Part shown: positions 50,588 through 59,244 of the stretch, one piece after another
Layout of the letters: every line of letters begins with the position of its first letter
How positions within the stretch are numbered: the first letter of the stretch is position 1
NCBI GenBank assembly: GCA_963737655.1
Contig: CAVTTN010000002.1
Location: 1,088,001-1,152,000, forward strand
Origin: an uncultured Planctomycetota bacterium
GTDB taxonomy: Bacteria > Planctomycetota > Planctomycetia > Isosphaerales > Isosphaeraceae
Direction of reading: 5' to 3'
DNA length: 64,000 bases
Program-made: the position numbers and the translations under genes
Notes under the pieces: generated by a model
Seen by the model: the letters and a program-made list of their open reading frames with translations, nothing else
The model's database searches: none
What the model was told of the DNA's origin: nothing

Positions 50588-51360
50588 GGCTCGGCCACGC
50601 AGAACTGCGAGGCGCCGGGGTCGTCGGCCTCGACCGGGATCGGCCCCGATTCGACCACTCGAAATCCGTTCTGGGCGTACCAGGCGGCGGTGTCGTAGCC
50701 GAAGCGGTTGTACGAGACGTCGGTGTCCTCGTTATGGGCGGCCAGGCGGGCGGAGACGCGGACGACCTCGCGGCGGATCGCCTCGGCGGCGGCCGGGGCG
50801 TTGTGGAGGATCACCGCCGAGGTCAGGACGAGGTCGAATGAGCGGTCCGGGAACGGCAGCCGCATCCCCGAGCCCTGGACCAAATGAACATCCTCGCAAT
50901 CGCTCAGGTATTCGCGCGCCCGGCCGATCTGCGAGGGGCTGAAGTCCAGGCCGACGATCGGGCAATCCAGGTGTCGCCGGAGCGCCCGGACCTGCTTGCC
51001 GTAGCCGCAGCCGACTTCGAGGATCGAGGCCGGCCGATATCGCGCGACCCGCCCGGCAATCCAGCGAGAGCGGGCGTCTCGGCCGGGCTGGCCTTCCTGT
51101 TCGAGGAAATAATCCGAACCGCCGCGGAGGGTCCAGTAGCGGCGAGGATCGGAATAGACCAATCGCCGCTTCAGGCCCGGCCATCGGCCCAGAGACCGCC
51201 GGAACGCCTTATGAATCACGTATTCGGCCCCTCGACGGCGGAGGGCCGCCAGGGCGCGAACGGGCAAGGACGACGAGGAAGGACGATCCACCGCCAGGCT
51301 CCATCCGGGGTGCATCGGGGCGACGGGCGGGAGTCTACGACCGGCCGGGAGGGCGGTCAA
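50575..51360 (-). CDS. Class I SAM-dependent methyltransferase (start uncertain)
   Basis: ILEVGCGYG, GLDFS, LPFPDRSFDLVLTSAVILH. Confidence 0.85.
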   Translation of the reverse strand: MTALPAGRRLPPVAPMHPGWSLAVDRPSSSSLPVRALAALRRRGAEYVIHKAFRRSLGRWPGLKRRLVYSDPRRYWTLRGGSDYFLEQEGQPGRDARSRWIAGRVARYRPASILEVGCGYGKQVRALRRHLDCPIVGLDFSPSQIGRAREYLSDCEDVHLVQGSGMRLPFPDRSFDLVLTSAVILHNAPAAAEAIRREVVRVSARLAAHNEDTDVSYNRFGYDTAAWYAQNGFRVVESGPIPVEADDPGASQFCVAEPWPG

Positions 51361-51483
51361 GGCGGATCGGCCAGGACGCCAGGAGGACCGATTGATTGGC
51401 GTCTCGCGGAGGCTGGTCTATAATGGTGGTGTCCGAATTCGGGGGGAATCCCGGTCCGCCAGCGGTTCAGGAGGGTCTTCCGC

Positions 51484-52044
51484 ATGGGCGTCAGTCCCGG
51501 ACGGTCGCGCGTGTCCGACACGTCCGTTCATGTGTTTGGTCGGGTGGTGCATCCGGATTGGTTCACCGTCCGGGCCCATCGTCGGATCGCTCGGACGGGC
51601 TGGGAGGCGGACGTTCGGATCATCGATGGCGGCCACGCGATCACCTGGGGTTCGGGCGAGGCCCGGGTCACCGAGGTCCTCGCCGGCCCCGAGACGCCGA
51701 TGCCCGACCTCGGCCGGATGTTCCAGGCGCCGGTCCGTCGCGAGCGATCGGTGCGCCTGCGGCCCGAGGGCCGGGTCGAGTATCAGACGTGCTTCGCCGT
51801 CGAGAGGCTCGACCCCGAGGTCTTCGGCCTCCTGAGCGAGGAACTCGAACGAGACGCGGCCCGGGGCGACCTGTTCCATCAATTCGGCCCGTCCAGCCGG
51901 CTCGCCCCGGCGCCGATCAGCCGGGTCCACATCGAGCCCCGAGGCCGGGGGATCTCGATCCAGGCGTTCCACACCTTTCCCGACGAGCGCGCGATCGTCC
52001 GGACGCAGTCGCTCTTCGAGATCGCCGCCCCGGGGAAGAAGTGA
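51484..52044 (+). CDS. DUF2617-like protein
   Basis: RVVHPDWF, GGHAITW, FHTFPDERAIVRTQSLFE. Confidence 0.7.
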   Translation: MGVSPGRSRVSDTSVHVFGRVVHPDWFTVRAHRRIARTGWEADVRIIDGGHAITWGSGEARVTEVLAGPETPMPDLGRMFQAPVRRERSVRLRPEGRVEYQTCFAVERLDPEVFGLLSEELERDAARGDLFHQFGPSSRLAPAPISRVHIEPRGRGISIQAFHTFPDERAIVRTQSLFEIAAPGKK

Positions 52045-52057
52045 CGCGGAGAACGGC

Positions 52058-52609
52058 TCAGGACGAGGCCGTTTTCGACCTCAAGACGAGCTGAAATCGG
52101 CCCGAGACCGGGATCGTGGCCCCGGCGCCGGGGATCGGGTCGGCCTGGGGGGTGAGCAGGGTCACCGTCGCCGTGCCCGAGCCGCGTTCTCGGGAGAATC
52201 GGCCGGTCCCCGCGGTCGCGGTGAACGTGAACGTCCCGGGCAGGGGCGAGAACCCGGCCTGGGAGGGCCCGGTCAGGCTCAGGGTCACGGTCCCTCGGCG
52301 GGCGGTCAGCGTGAGCGTCCCCCCGGCGTGGCCCGAGGCGATGAAGCCCGCGGATCGCAGGCTGCCGGCGATCGTGGCCCTTCCCAGGCGAGGGCCCAGC
52401 CGGCCCGAGCCGGAGAATCGGTACGGGGTGCCGGCGTCCGGTGGCGCCTCCTCTCGCGAGAACGTGCCCTGGAACGTGCCGTTCAGGGCCGGGGCGGCCG
52501 GTTGCTTCGACGGAGAGACCACCTCGGCGAGCCCGGCGGCGAGGCCCGAGAGCATCGCCCGGGGCTCCATGCCCTCGACGGTCGGCGGCATGCCCTTCCG
52601 GCGGTTCAT
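52058..52609 (-). CDS. Hypothetical secreted beta-rich protein with planctomycete LEPR-xLL-like signal
   Basis: MNRRKGMPPTVEGMEPRAMLS; GTGRF..GSG strands. Confidence 0.65.
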   Translation of the reverse strand: MNRRKGMPPTVEGMEPRAMLSGLAAGLAEVVSPSKQPAAPALNGTFQGTFSREEAPPDAGTPYRFSGSGRLGPRLGRATIAGSLRSAGFIASGHAGGTLTLTARRGTVTLSLTGPSQAGFSPLPGTFTFTATAGTGRFSRERGSGTATVTLLTPQADPIPGAGATIPVSGRFQLVLRSKTASS

Positions 52610-52768
52610 GACGAGCCTCCCTGGAGTGAGGACGGGAGAGAGATTCGGCCGCACCTCGGGATCAGTCGGAATTCCCCGGCAAGCGGCGACGCCCGGGGAT
52701 GGAGGTCCGGGCCGATCGGCGATACTCTGGGTCGAGACGCCTCGATGGCCCCGCGGAGCCGATGTCCC

Positions 52769-53272
52769 ATGACGATTCGAATTGTCCCGGCCGCGATGGC
52801 CATCCTTGGCCTGATCGTCTCCGGGGCGAGGGCCGAGCATGCCAAGATCAACCTGGAGGTCTCTTCCGACGGGAAGAAGCAGGAGGCGTTCGTCGATCAG
52901 ACGCCGCCGGACTCGGGCAAGAATCCCCGGCCGGTCCTGAAGGCGAAGGCCGGGGCCACGATCAAGATCCAGTGGACGTTCACGAACGTCTATCCCCACA
53001 AGACGCTCGACGACGTGTTGCTCCACTCGTTCGTGGCGAGGGAGAAATCGGTGGGCCAGAAGGACCTGCCGCCGATCGACGACGACGTGGTCCTCCAGAC
53101 CGCGTTCCGGATGGACTTCAAGCCCGGCGCCAAGGCCGGGGCCAAGAGCACGCTGAGGATCACCGAGCCCGGCGTGTACCTGGTGAGGGTCGAGAGCCGC
53201 GAGACCGGCAGCGACCACGAGCATTTCGCGGCGATCGACCTGGTGATCGAGCCGGCCGACGGGGGGAAATGA
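52769..53272 (+). CDS. Hypothetical exported protein
   Basis: Signal peptide ending ARA; PGVYLVRVE, HEHFAAIDL. Confidence 0.65.
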   Translation: MTIRIVPAAMAILGLIVSGARAEHAKINLEVSSDGKKQEAFVDQTPPDSGKNPRPVLKAKAGATIKIQWTFTNVYPHKTLDDVLLHSFVAREKSVGQKDLPPIDDDVVLQTAFRMDFKPGAKAGAKSTLRITEPGVYLVRVESRETGSDHEHFAAIDLVIEPADGGK

Positions 53273-53315
53273 AATGACCGCCGAACCCGGGCGAGGGCCC
53301 GGCGGTCGGCGAGGC

Positions 53316-54308
53316 TCAGTGATTGTTGGGCCGGACGATGTCCTTCTCGGCGAACGGCCGGTCCTGGCGGGCGGGCTGGACGCCCATGTCCCGGACGCAA
53401 TTGATCAGGCCGGTGCCGCATCGGGCCGAGTAGCCGGCGCGGACCGGCAGGCCCGCCTCGACGCGGAGCTTGTTCTCGGAGAAGGCCAGGTTGGCGAACG
53501 GGGGGAGGCCGGTGGTCATGGCCTCTTCCTCCCAGCCGGTCTCGAACACGCGCCGGCCCTTCATGATCCGCCAGGCGTGGATCAGCTCGTGGCCGATGAT
53601 GATGTAGAGGGGGTCGTCGGGGTCCTTCGCCTGGGTGAAGACGACGCGCATCTCGGCGTCGCACCCCTTGCCCGACTCGATCACGTCGTAGAGGTACAGG
53701 CAGAGCTTGTAGTACTCGGTGTCGGGGATCGGCCGGGTGCCGTCCTCCATCTCCTGGAGCCAGGCCGGCGAGATCCCGATCAGGGCCGCGATCGCCGCCC
53801 GGGTCAGCCCGCTATTGAGGGCGTGGGCGCGGTCGAGGGCGTGGGTCAGGACCGACGTATAGGCCTGCTTGGGATTCACCCACATGCCTTCCTTCATCAT
53901 CTTCTTCAGCTTCGGCGCGGCGGGAGGCCGGATCGACTTGATGAACCGCTCCTCGGACGTCTTCATGTCGCCCGGGTAGGGGATCACGCAGCTGCCGTCG
54001 GCGAAGTTGTCGGCCCCGGAGATGATGTAGAGGACGTGGCCGCTGCCGTCGATCTCCGCGAGGAGCTGGGCCCCGGTCGGCAGGGTCTTGAGCTGGTCGA
54101 GCGAGGCGATCACCTTGGTGTTGAAGGCGGCCGCCACGTCGCCCATCATCGCGCTGGAGTCCGAGATCTTCTTGCCGATCCTCGTCTTGAGGACGATCCC
54201 GGCGCTGTAGTTGGTCTGGGTGTTGGTCTGGGAGATGGCATTGGGGTCGCGCTTCTCCCCGATCTTGACCCCCGACCGCCCCGGCGTGGTCCCCGAAACC
54301 CAGCTCAT
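53316..54308 (-). CDS. M91 (NleD-like) zinc metallopeptidase with inserted XRE-like HTH
   Basis: GHELIHA..EEEAMTTGL..SENKLRVEAGLPVR..Y; internal GLTRAAIAALIGISPAWLQEMEDGTRPIP. Confidence 0.72.
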   Translation of the reverse strand: MSWVSGTTPGRSGVKIGEKRDPNAISQTNTQTNYSAGIVLKTRIGKKISDSSAMMGDVAAAFNTKVIASLDQLKTLPTGAQLLAEIDGSGHVLYIISGADNFADGSCVIPYPGDMKTSEERFIKSIRPPAAPKLKKMMKEGMWVNPKQAYTSVLTHALDRAHALNSGLTRAAIAALIGISPAWLQEMEDGTRPIPDTEYYKLCLYLYDVIESGKGCDAEMRVVFTQAKDPDDPLYIIIGHELIHAWRIMKGRRVFETGWEEEAMTTGLPPFANLAFSENKLRVEAGLPVRAGYSARCGTGLINCVRDMGVQPARQDRPFAEKDIVRPNNH

Positions 54309-54579
54309 GGTCGCTCTCCTCGGCTCTGTGGGTCCTGGTCGTTCCGGGGACGTCGGCCCCGGACCGCAGGATTGCCCTTATACCAGGGTCGGGGCGCCGA
54401 TCCTAACGTGTTTGAGGTCGTGGTCTTTTTTTTATCATTTGCTTGATTAGCCCCGGTGGGACGGGGCGATCCGGCCCGCGGGGCCGTCGTCGCTTTCCGG
54501 GGGCGGCCGGGGCCGCTACACTGGAGAGGGACGGGAGACGGCCCGCCTTTGCGGGCCCCGGACCGGCCGAGCCCTTTGC

Positions 54580-56784
54580 ATGACCCTCTCGATCGACCCG
54601 ATCGTCGCCTGGCCGTGGATCGCGGCGGGGGCGGCGGTCGTCACGGCCCTGACGCTCTGGGCCTATGCCAAGAGGCTGCGAGACAGCCAGGGACGCTGGC
54701 GGTGGGTCGCCCTCTCCCTGCGGCTTTTGGCCGTCTTGATGTGCGTCCTGGCCAGCCTCCGGCCGATGGTCCTGTTCCAGAAGAAGGACAAGCAGACCTC
54801 CACCCTCGCCTTCCTGACCGACGCCAGCACGAGCATGACCGTCGGCGACGAGGCCGGCGGGCGGAAGAAGCGCTGGACCGCCGCGAGGGAGGCCCTGGCC
54901 GAAGGCCTGAAGGCCGCCAAGGACCTGGGCAAGAACGTCCAGAGCCACACGTATCGGTTCTCCTCCACGGTCTCCGACGACAAGCCCGACGACCTGGCCG
55001 ACCCCAAGGGGACCGAGACCGCCCTGGGCTCCGCCCTGGAGGAGACCCTCAAGAGGCAGACCGGCGGCCGGGTCCTGGCCCTGGTCCTGCTCTCCGACGG
55101 GTCGAACAACGCGGGGAGGCCGCCGAGCCTCGCCGCCGCCCGGCTCAAGGCCCAGGGCGTCCCGGTCGTCGCCGTCGGCTTCGGCACCCAGACGGCCGGC
55201 GCGTCGAAGGACCTGGCCGTCCGCTCGATGAACGCCGGGCCCACGGTCTACGTCAAGAACGAGATGGGCGTCAGCGGGATGATCGGCGCCCGGGGGTTCG
55301 CCGGGCGGGAGATCGAGGTCGAATTGCTGGTCGAGGGGGAATCCACGCCCGTCGATCGCAAGAAGATCCGCGTCCCCGAGAAGGCCACCGAGGTCCCCGT
55401 GACCGGCCTGAAATGGACCCCGACGAAGTCGGGAGAGACCCGGGTGGCGCTCCGCGTGAAGGAGGAAGAGGGCGAGGCGATCAAGACCAACAACGTCTTC
55501 AGCTCGTTCGTCACGGTCCTCGGCGGCGGCCTGAACGTCCTGTACCTCGCCGGCCCCACCGAGGTTTGGGAGACGCGGTACCTGGTCCGGGCCCTGGACG
55601 CCTCGCAGAAGATCCAGGTCACCCAGAAGAAGCTGGTGAGGCCGGCCGAGGCGGACATGGACGCCGACTTCGCCCCCAATGCCTATGACGTGTACATCCT
55701 CGGCGACCTCCCGGCCGACTTCCTCACCGACCTCCAGCAAAAAGCGCTGGTCCGGGCCGTGGTCAACCGGGGGGCCGGGCTGATGATGCTGGGGGGTCGG
55801 TCGAGCTTCGGCGCCGGCGGGTGGGCCGGGACCGACATCGGCAACATCCTGCCCACGGCCATCGGCCCCGGAGACGGCCAGATCGAGCCCCTGGACGGCC
55901 TGAAGGTCGTGCCCAATCCCCTGGGGCTGGATAGCTACGTGTTGAAGCTCGCGGGCAACCCGGCGGAGTCCCGGCGGATCTGGGAGTCCCTGCCCCCCCT
56001 GCGCGGGGCGAACCGGCTGGGCCAGGCGAAGCCGGCGGCGCTGATCTGGGTCCAGTCCCCCGACGGCGAGCCGCTGATGGTGGGGGAAGACGGGCCCGGC
56101 AAGGGCCGGGTGATCGAGTTCGGCGGCGAGACCTGGCCCTGGGCCCGGTTCAGCGAGGAGAGCCGGCTCGCCCACCTCAAATTCTGGCGACAGGCGATCC
56201 TCTGGCTCGCCCACAAGGAAGACCAGAACGATAGCCAGGTCCAGCTGGTCCTGGACCGCCGCCGGGCGCCCGTCGGCGGGCGGATCGAGCTCTCGGTCCT
56301 GACCCGCGACGCGAAGGGCGAGCCGCTGCCGGGCCTGAAGTTCGAGACCACCATCACCCGGGACGGGGCCAAGACGCCCCCCGAGCGAGGCCCCGAGGTG
56401 TTTGGCCAGTCCGGCGACGCCAAGGGCACGCTGTTCGTCACCGGACCGCCCGGCGACGCGAGGATCTCCGTCACGGCCAAGGACGCCGCCGGCAAGGTCA
56501 TCGGCACCGACTCCGCCCGGCTCATCGCCTACCAGGACGACCGCGAGCTCGAAAACCCCGCCGCCGACCTCAACCTCCTCCGCCAGGTCGCCGACCTCAC
56601 CGGGGGCAAGTACCTCGCGCCCGAGCAGCTCGGCGACTACCTCAAGACCCTGGATAAGGACATCGTCTCCGAGTACATCACCCAGCGCGAGGTGAGGGTC
56701 TGGGACAACTGGTATTTCCTCCTGATCTTCACCATCCTGCTGACGACCGAATGGTGGCTCCGAAAGAGGCACGGATGGGTGTAG
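54580..56784 (+). CDS. Membrane protein with vWA and class I glutamine amidotransferase-like domains
   Basis: DASTSM MIDAS, LLSDG, GAGLMMLGGRSSFGAGGW, C-terminal EWWLRKRHG. Confidence 0.85.
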   Translation: MTLSIDPIVAWPWIAAGAAVVTALTLWAYAKRLRDSQGRWRWVALSLRLLAVLMCVLASLRPMVLFQKKDKQTSTLAFLTDASTSMTVGDEAGGRKKRWTAAREALAEGLKAAKDLGKNVQSHTYRFSSTVSDDKPDDLADPKGTETALGSALEETLKRQTGGRVLALVLLSDGSNNAGRPPSLAAARLKAQGVPVVAVGFGTQTAGASKDLAVRSMNAGPTVYVKNEMGVSGMIGARGFAGREIEVELLVEGESTPVDRKKIRVPEKATEVPVTGLKWTPTKSGETRVALRVKEEEGEAIKTNNVFSSFVTVLGGGLNVLYLAGPTEVWETRYLVRALDASQKIQVTQKKLVRPAEADMDADFAPNAYDVYILGDLPADFLTDLQQKALVRAVVNRGAGLMMLGGRSSFGAGGWAGTDIGNILPTAIGPGDGQIEPLDGLKVVPNPLGLDSYVLKLAGNPAESRRIWESLPPLRGANRLGQAKPAALIWVQSPDGEPLMVGEDGPGKGRVIEFGGETWPWARFSEESRLAHLKFWRQAILWLAHKEDQNDSQVQLVLDRRRAPVGGRIELSVLTRDAKGEPLPGLKFETTITRDGAKTPPERGPEVFGQSGDAKGTLFVTGPPGDARISVTAKDAAGKVIGTDSARLIAYQDDRELENPAADLNLLRQVADLTGGKYLAPEQLGDYLKTLDKDIVSEYITQREVRVWDNWYFLLIFTILLTTEWWLRKRHGWV

Positions 56785-56927
56785 GGTGCATGCAATGCAC
56801 CAGCCACGCGGCGGCCATCGCCGCCTCCCCGATCCTCTCCGAGATCCCCTCCAATCACGAAGAAAACGAGCGATGCGGTAGGCGGCCTTTCGGCCGCCGC
56901 GTGGTTGGTGCATTGCATGCACCCTAC
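56781..56927. repeat. REP family A doublet (REPIN-like); GTAG supplies the upstream stop
   Basis: GTAGggtgcatgcaatgcacca.ccacgcggcggcc ... ggccgccgcgtggttggtgcattgcatgcaccCTAC. Confidence 0.85.
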
Positions 56928-56939
56928 AGGACAATTCCC

Positions 56940-58388
56940 GTGGTCCCCGGACGTGCCTCCCTCGAAACGATCCTCCGACGCTGCGGGGTCGCCCTGTCGG
57001 CCCCGCAGATCGATCAGTTGTGGGCCTATCATCGCCTCTTGCGCGAGGCGAATGCTCGCTTGAATCTGACTCGCATCCATCAGTTCGAAAACATGGTGTT
57101 GAAGCACTACGTCGATAGCCTGCTCGTCCTGAATTTCACCGAATTGCCGTCGCCGCTGATCGACATGGGCTCGGGCCCCGGTTTGCCGGGAATCCCCCTG
57201 AAGATCGCCCGGCCGGGGGTGCGGATGATCCTGGCCGAACCCCGCGCGAATCGCGCCGAGTTCCTCCGCGAGACGTGCGACCGATTGGGTTTGGAGGGCG
57301 TGGAGGTCCAGGCGAGGAAGGTCAACGCGAAGTTCCCCCTGAAGGCCCGGGGGATCATCACCCGGGCCGTGGCGACGATCCCCGAGACCCTCGATCGCGT
57401 GGCCGGTTGCCTCGATGTCGGCGGCAGGATGCTGTTCATGAAGGGGCCCGATTGCTCCGACGAGGTCGCCGAGGCCGCGAAGTCCCACGCCGGACTCTTC
57501 CGCAAGGTCGGCGATCACGCCTATTCGATCCCCGGGACGACCCACGACCGGCGGTTGGTCGTCTACGAACGGCTCGAGGGCGAGGCGCCCGTTCGCGAGG
57601 ACGACCGCGAGGCCGTTTCGGCGTATTCGGGGCCGGTCCGCGAGGTCACCAGCGACGCGAACCCGACGTTCAAGGTCGCCCGCGACCTGCTTTCGGGCCG
57701 GGGCATCCGCAAGCATCAACAAGCCCTGATCGCCGGCTCCCGGATCGTGGCCGAGACCCTGGCCCGCCACCCGGAGAACGCCCTGGCGTGGCTGACGACG
57801 GCCGACGGCCCGCCCCCCCCGCCGGAATCGCCCCCCGGATTGACCTGGCTCCGCCTCGCCCCGGCGATGTTCGCCGAGCTCGACGCCTCGGGGACGCATT
57901 CGCCGTTGCTGCTGGTCCGCGTCCCGGCGATGCCGGAGTGGTCAGGATCGGCCGAATGGCCCGAGGGCTGCACGCTGTTCCTGCCGTTCCAGGACCCGGA
58001 GAACGTCGGCGCGGCGCTGCGATCGGCGGCGGCGTTCGGGGTCTCGCGAGCGGTCTTGCTGAAAGAAGCGGCCCACCCGTTCCACCCCAAGGCGGCGAGG
58101 GCGGCGGGCCCGGCCCTCTTCGCCGTGCCGATGCTCGCCGGCCCGTCGATCCGAGACCTCACCTCCGACCCAATCCCGATCTTCGCCCTCTCGGCCGACG
58201 GCCCGCCGATCGCCGGCCACTCGTTCCCCGAACGCTTCGGCCTCGTGGCCGGGATCGAGGGCCCGGGCCTGCCCGAGCATCTCCGCTCGGCGAACACGCT
58301 GAGCATCCCGATTGCCCCTGGGGTCGAATCCCTGAATGCGGCGACCGCCTTGGCCGTGGCGCTTTATGAATGGAAGAGGGGGATTTAA
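56940..58388 (+). CDS. rsmG: RsmG (16S m7G527 methyltransferase) fused to a TrmH/SpoU methyltransferase
   Basis: LNLTRI, KHYVDSL, DMGSGPGLPGIPL, TRAV, MKG; then QDPENVGAALRSAAAFG, GIEGPGL, VESLNAA; GTG start inferred. Confidence 0.85.
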   Translation: MVPGRASLETILRRCGVALSAPQIDQLWAYHRLLREANARLNLTRIHQFENMVLKHYVDSLLVLNFTELPSPLIDMGSGPGLPGIPLKIARPGVRMILAEPRANRAEFLRETCDRLGLEGVEVQARKVNAKFPLKARGIITRAVATIPETLDRVAGCLDVGGRMLFMKGPDCSDEVAEAAKSHAGLFRKVGDHAYSIPGTTHDRRLVVYERLEGEAPVREDDREAVSAYSGPVREVTSDANPTFKVARDLLSGRGIRKHQQALIAGSRIVAETLARHPENALAWLTTADGPPPPPESPPGLTWLRLAPAMFAELDASGTHSPLLLVRVPAMPEWSGSAEWPEGCTLFLPFQDPENVGAALRSAAAFGVSRAVLLKEAAHPFHPKAARAAGPALFAVPMLAGPSIRDLTSDPIPIFALSADGPPIAGHSFPERFGLVAGIEGPGLPEHLRSANTLSIPIAPGVESLNAATALAVALYEWKRGI

Positions 58389-58607
58389 CCGCCAAGGCGC
58401 CAAGAACGCCAAGGAAAGGCAAGAGGAGAAGAGAGAGGAAGCAGAGAGGAGAAGAGAGAGGAAGAAAAGAGGAGAAGAGCTGAGGAAGAAAAGGGTAGAA
58501 GAGAGAGAAGAGAATCGTTCATCAAATTGCACTTGATTGCTTTCTTGTTCGCTCTCTCTTCTCCTCTTGCCTTTCCTTGGCGTTCTTGGCGCCTTGGCGG
58601 TTAAATC
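58382..58607. repeat. MITE-like palindrome with perfect 56-bp arms and a purine-rich core
   Basis: gatttaaccgccaaggcgccaagaacgccaaggaaaggcaagaggagaagagagag and its exact reverse complement at 58552-58607. Confidence 0.9.
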
Positions 58608-59113
58608 TTCCTCGCCTCACGGACCAGGTGGGGCAGCTCGGGCAGGATGATCCGCTCCATCGCCAGCTTCACCGCGGCTCGCGACCCCGGCATGACCAGC
58701 ACGACCATCCGGGCCATCAGGCCGCCGACGGCCCGGCTCAGGATCGTGGCCGAGCCGATCTCGGCGTAGCTCAGCATGCGGAACAGCTCGCCGAAGCCGG
58801 GCATGGGCTTCGTCAGGAGGGCCGAGACGGTTTCATACGTCTGATCGCGGGGGCTGATTCCGGTCCCCCCGGTCAAAAGGGCGGCGTCAAGGTCGTCGCG
58901 ATCCCTCCAGGCTTCCAAGAGGGGCCGCATCCGGTCGGGCTCGTCGGGCACGATCGCCCGTTCGACGATCCGATGGCCCGCCGCCTCGGCGAGCTCGACC
59001 ACCAGGGCGCCGGAGGTATCGGTTTCGACGGTCCGGGTGTCCGAGACGGTCAGGACGGCCAGGCGGAGGGACTTCGGCGATTCGGAGCGGTGCTGATCGA
59101 CGGCCGTGCTCAT
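58601..59113 (-). CDS. moaB: MoaB/MogA molybdenum cofactor biosynthesis protein
   Basis: VLTVSDTRT..TDTSG, VPDE, TGGTGISPRDQT, PGFGELFR..S, SRA, MPGS. Confidence 0.9.
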   Translation of the reverse strand: MSTAVDQHRSESPKSLRLAVLTVSDTRTVETDTSGALVVELAEAAGHRIVERAIVPDEPDRMRPLLEAWRDRDDLDAALLTGGTGISPRDQTYETVSALLTKPMPGFGELFRMLSYAEIGSATILSRAVGGLMARMVVLVMPGSRAAVKLAMERIILPELPHLVREARKI

Positions 59114-59244
59114 GGCGGTATCCCTTGCAAAGATTGCCTATTTCACCAATTTCGCCCGACGATGGGAACGCGGTTGCCGCCCTTCCCGGGAATGCGGTAG
59201 ATTACCCGGGTGAGGCCAGGAACGTCCGGGCGGGAGGTCCGACG

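Noticed and set aside
58336..58536. Glu/Arg/Lys-rich 66-aa ORF
   Set aside because: Translation of the palindrome and polypurine tract
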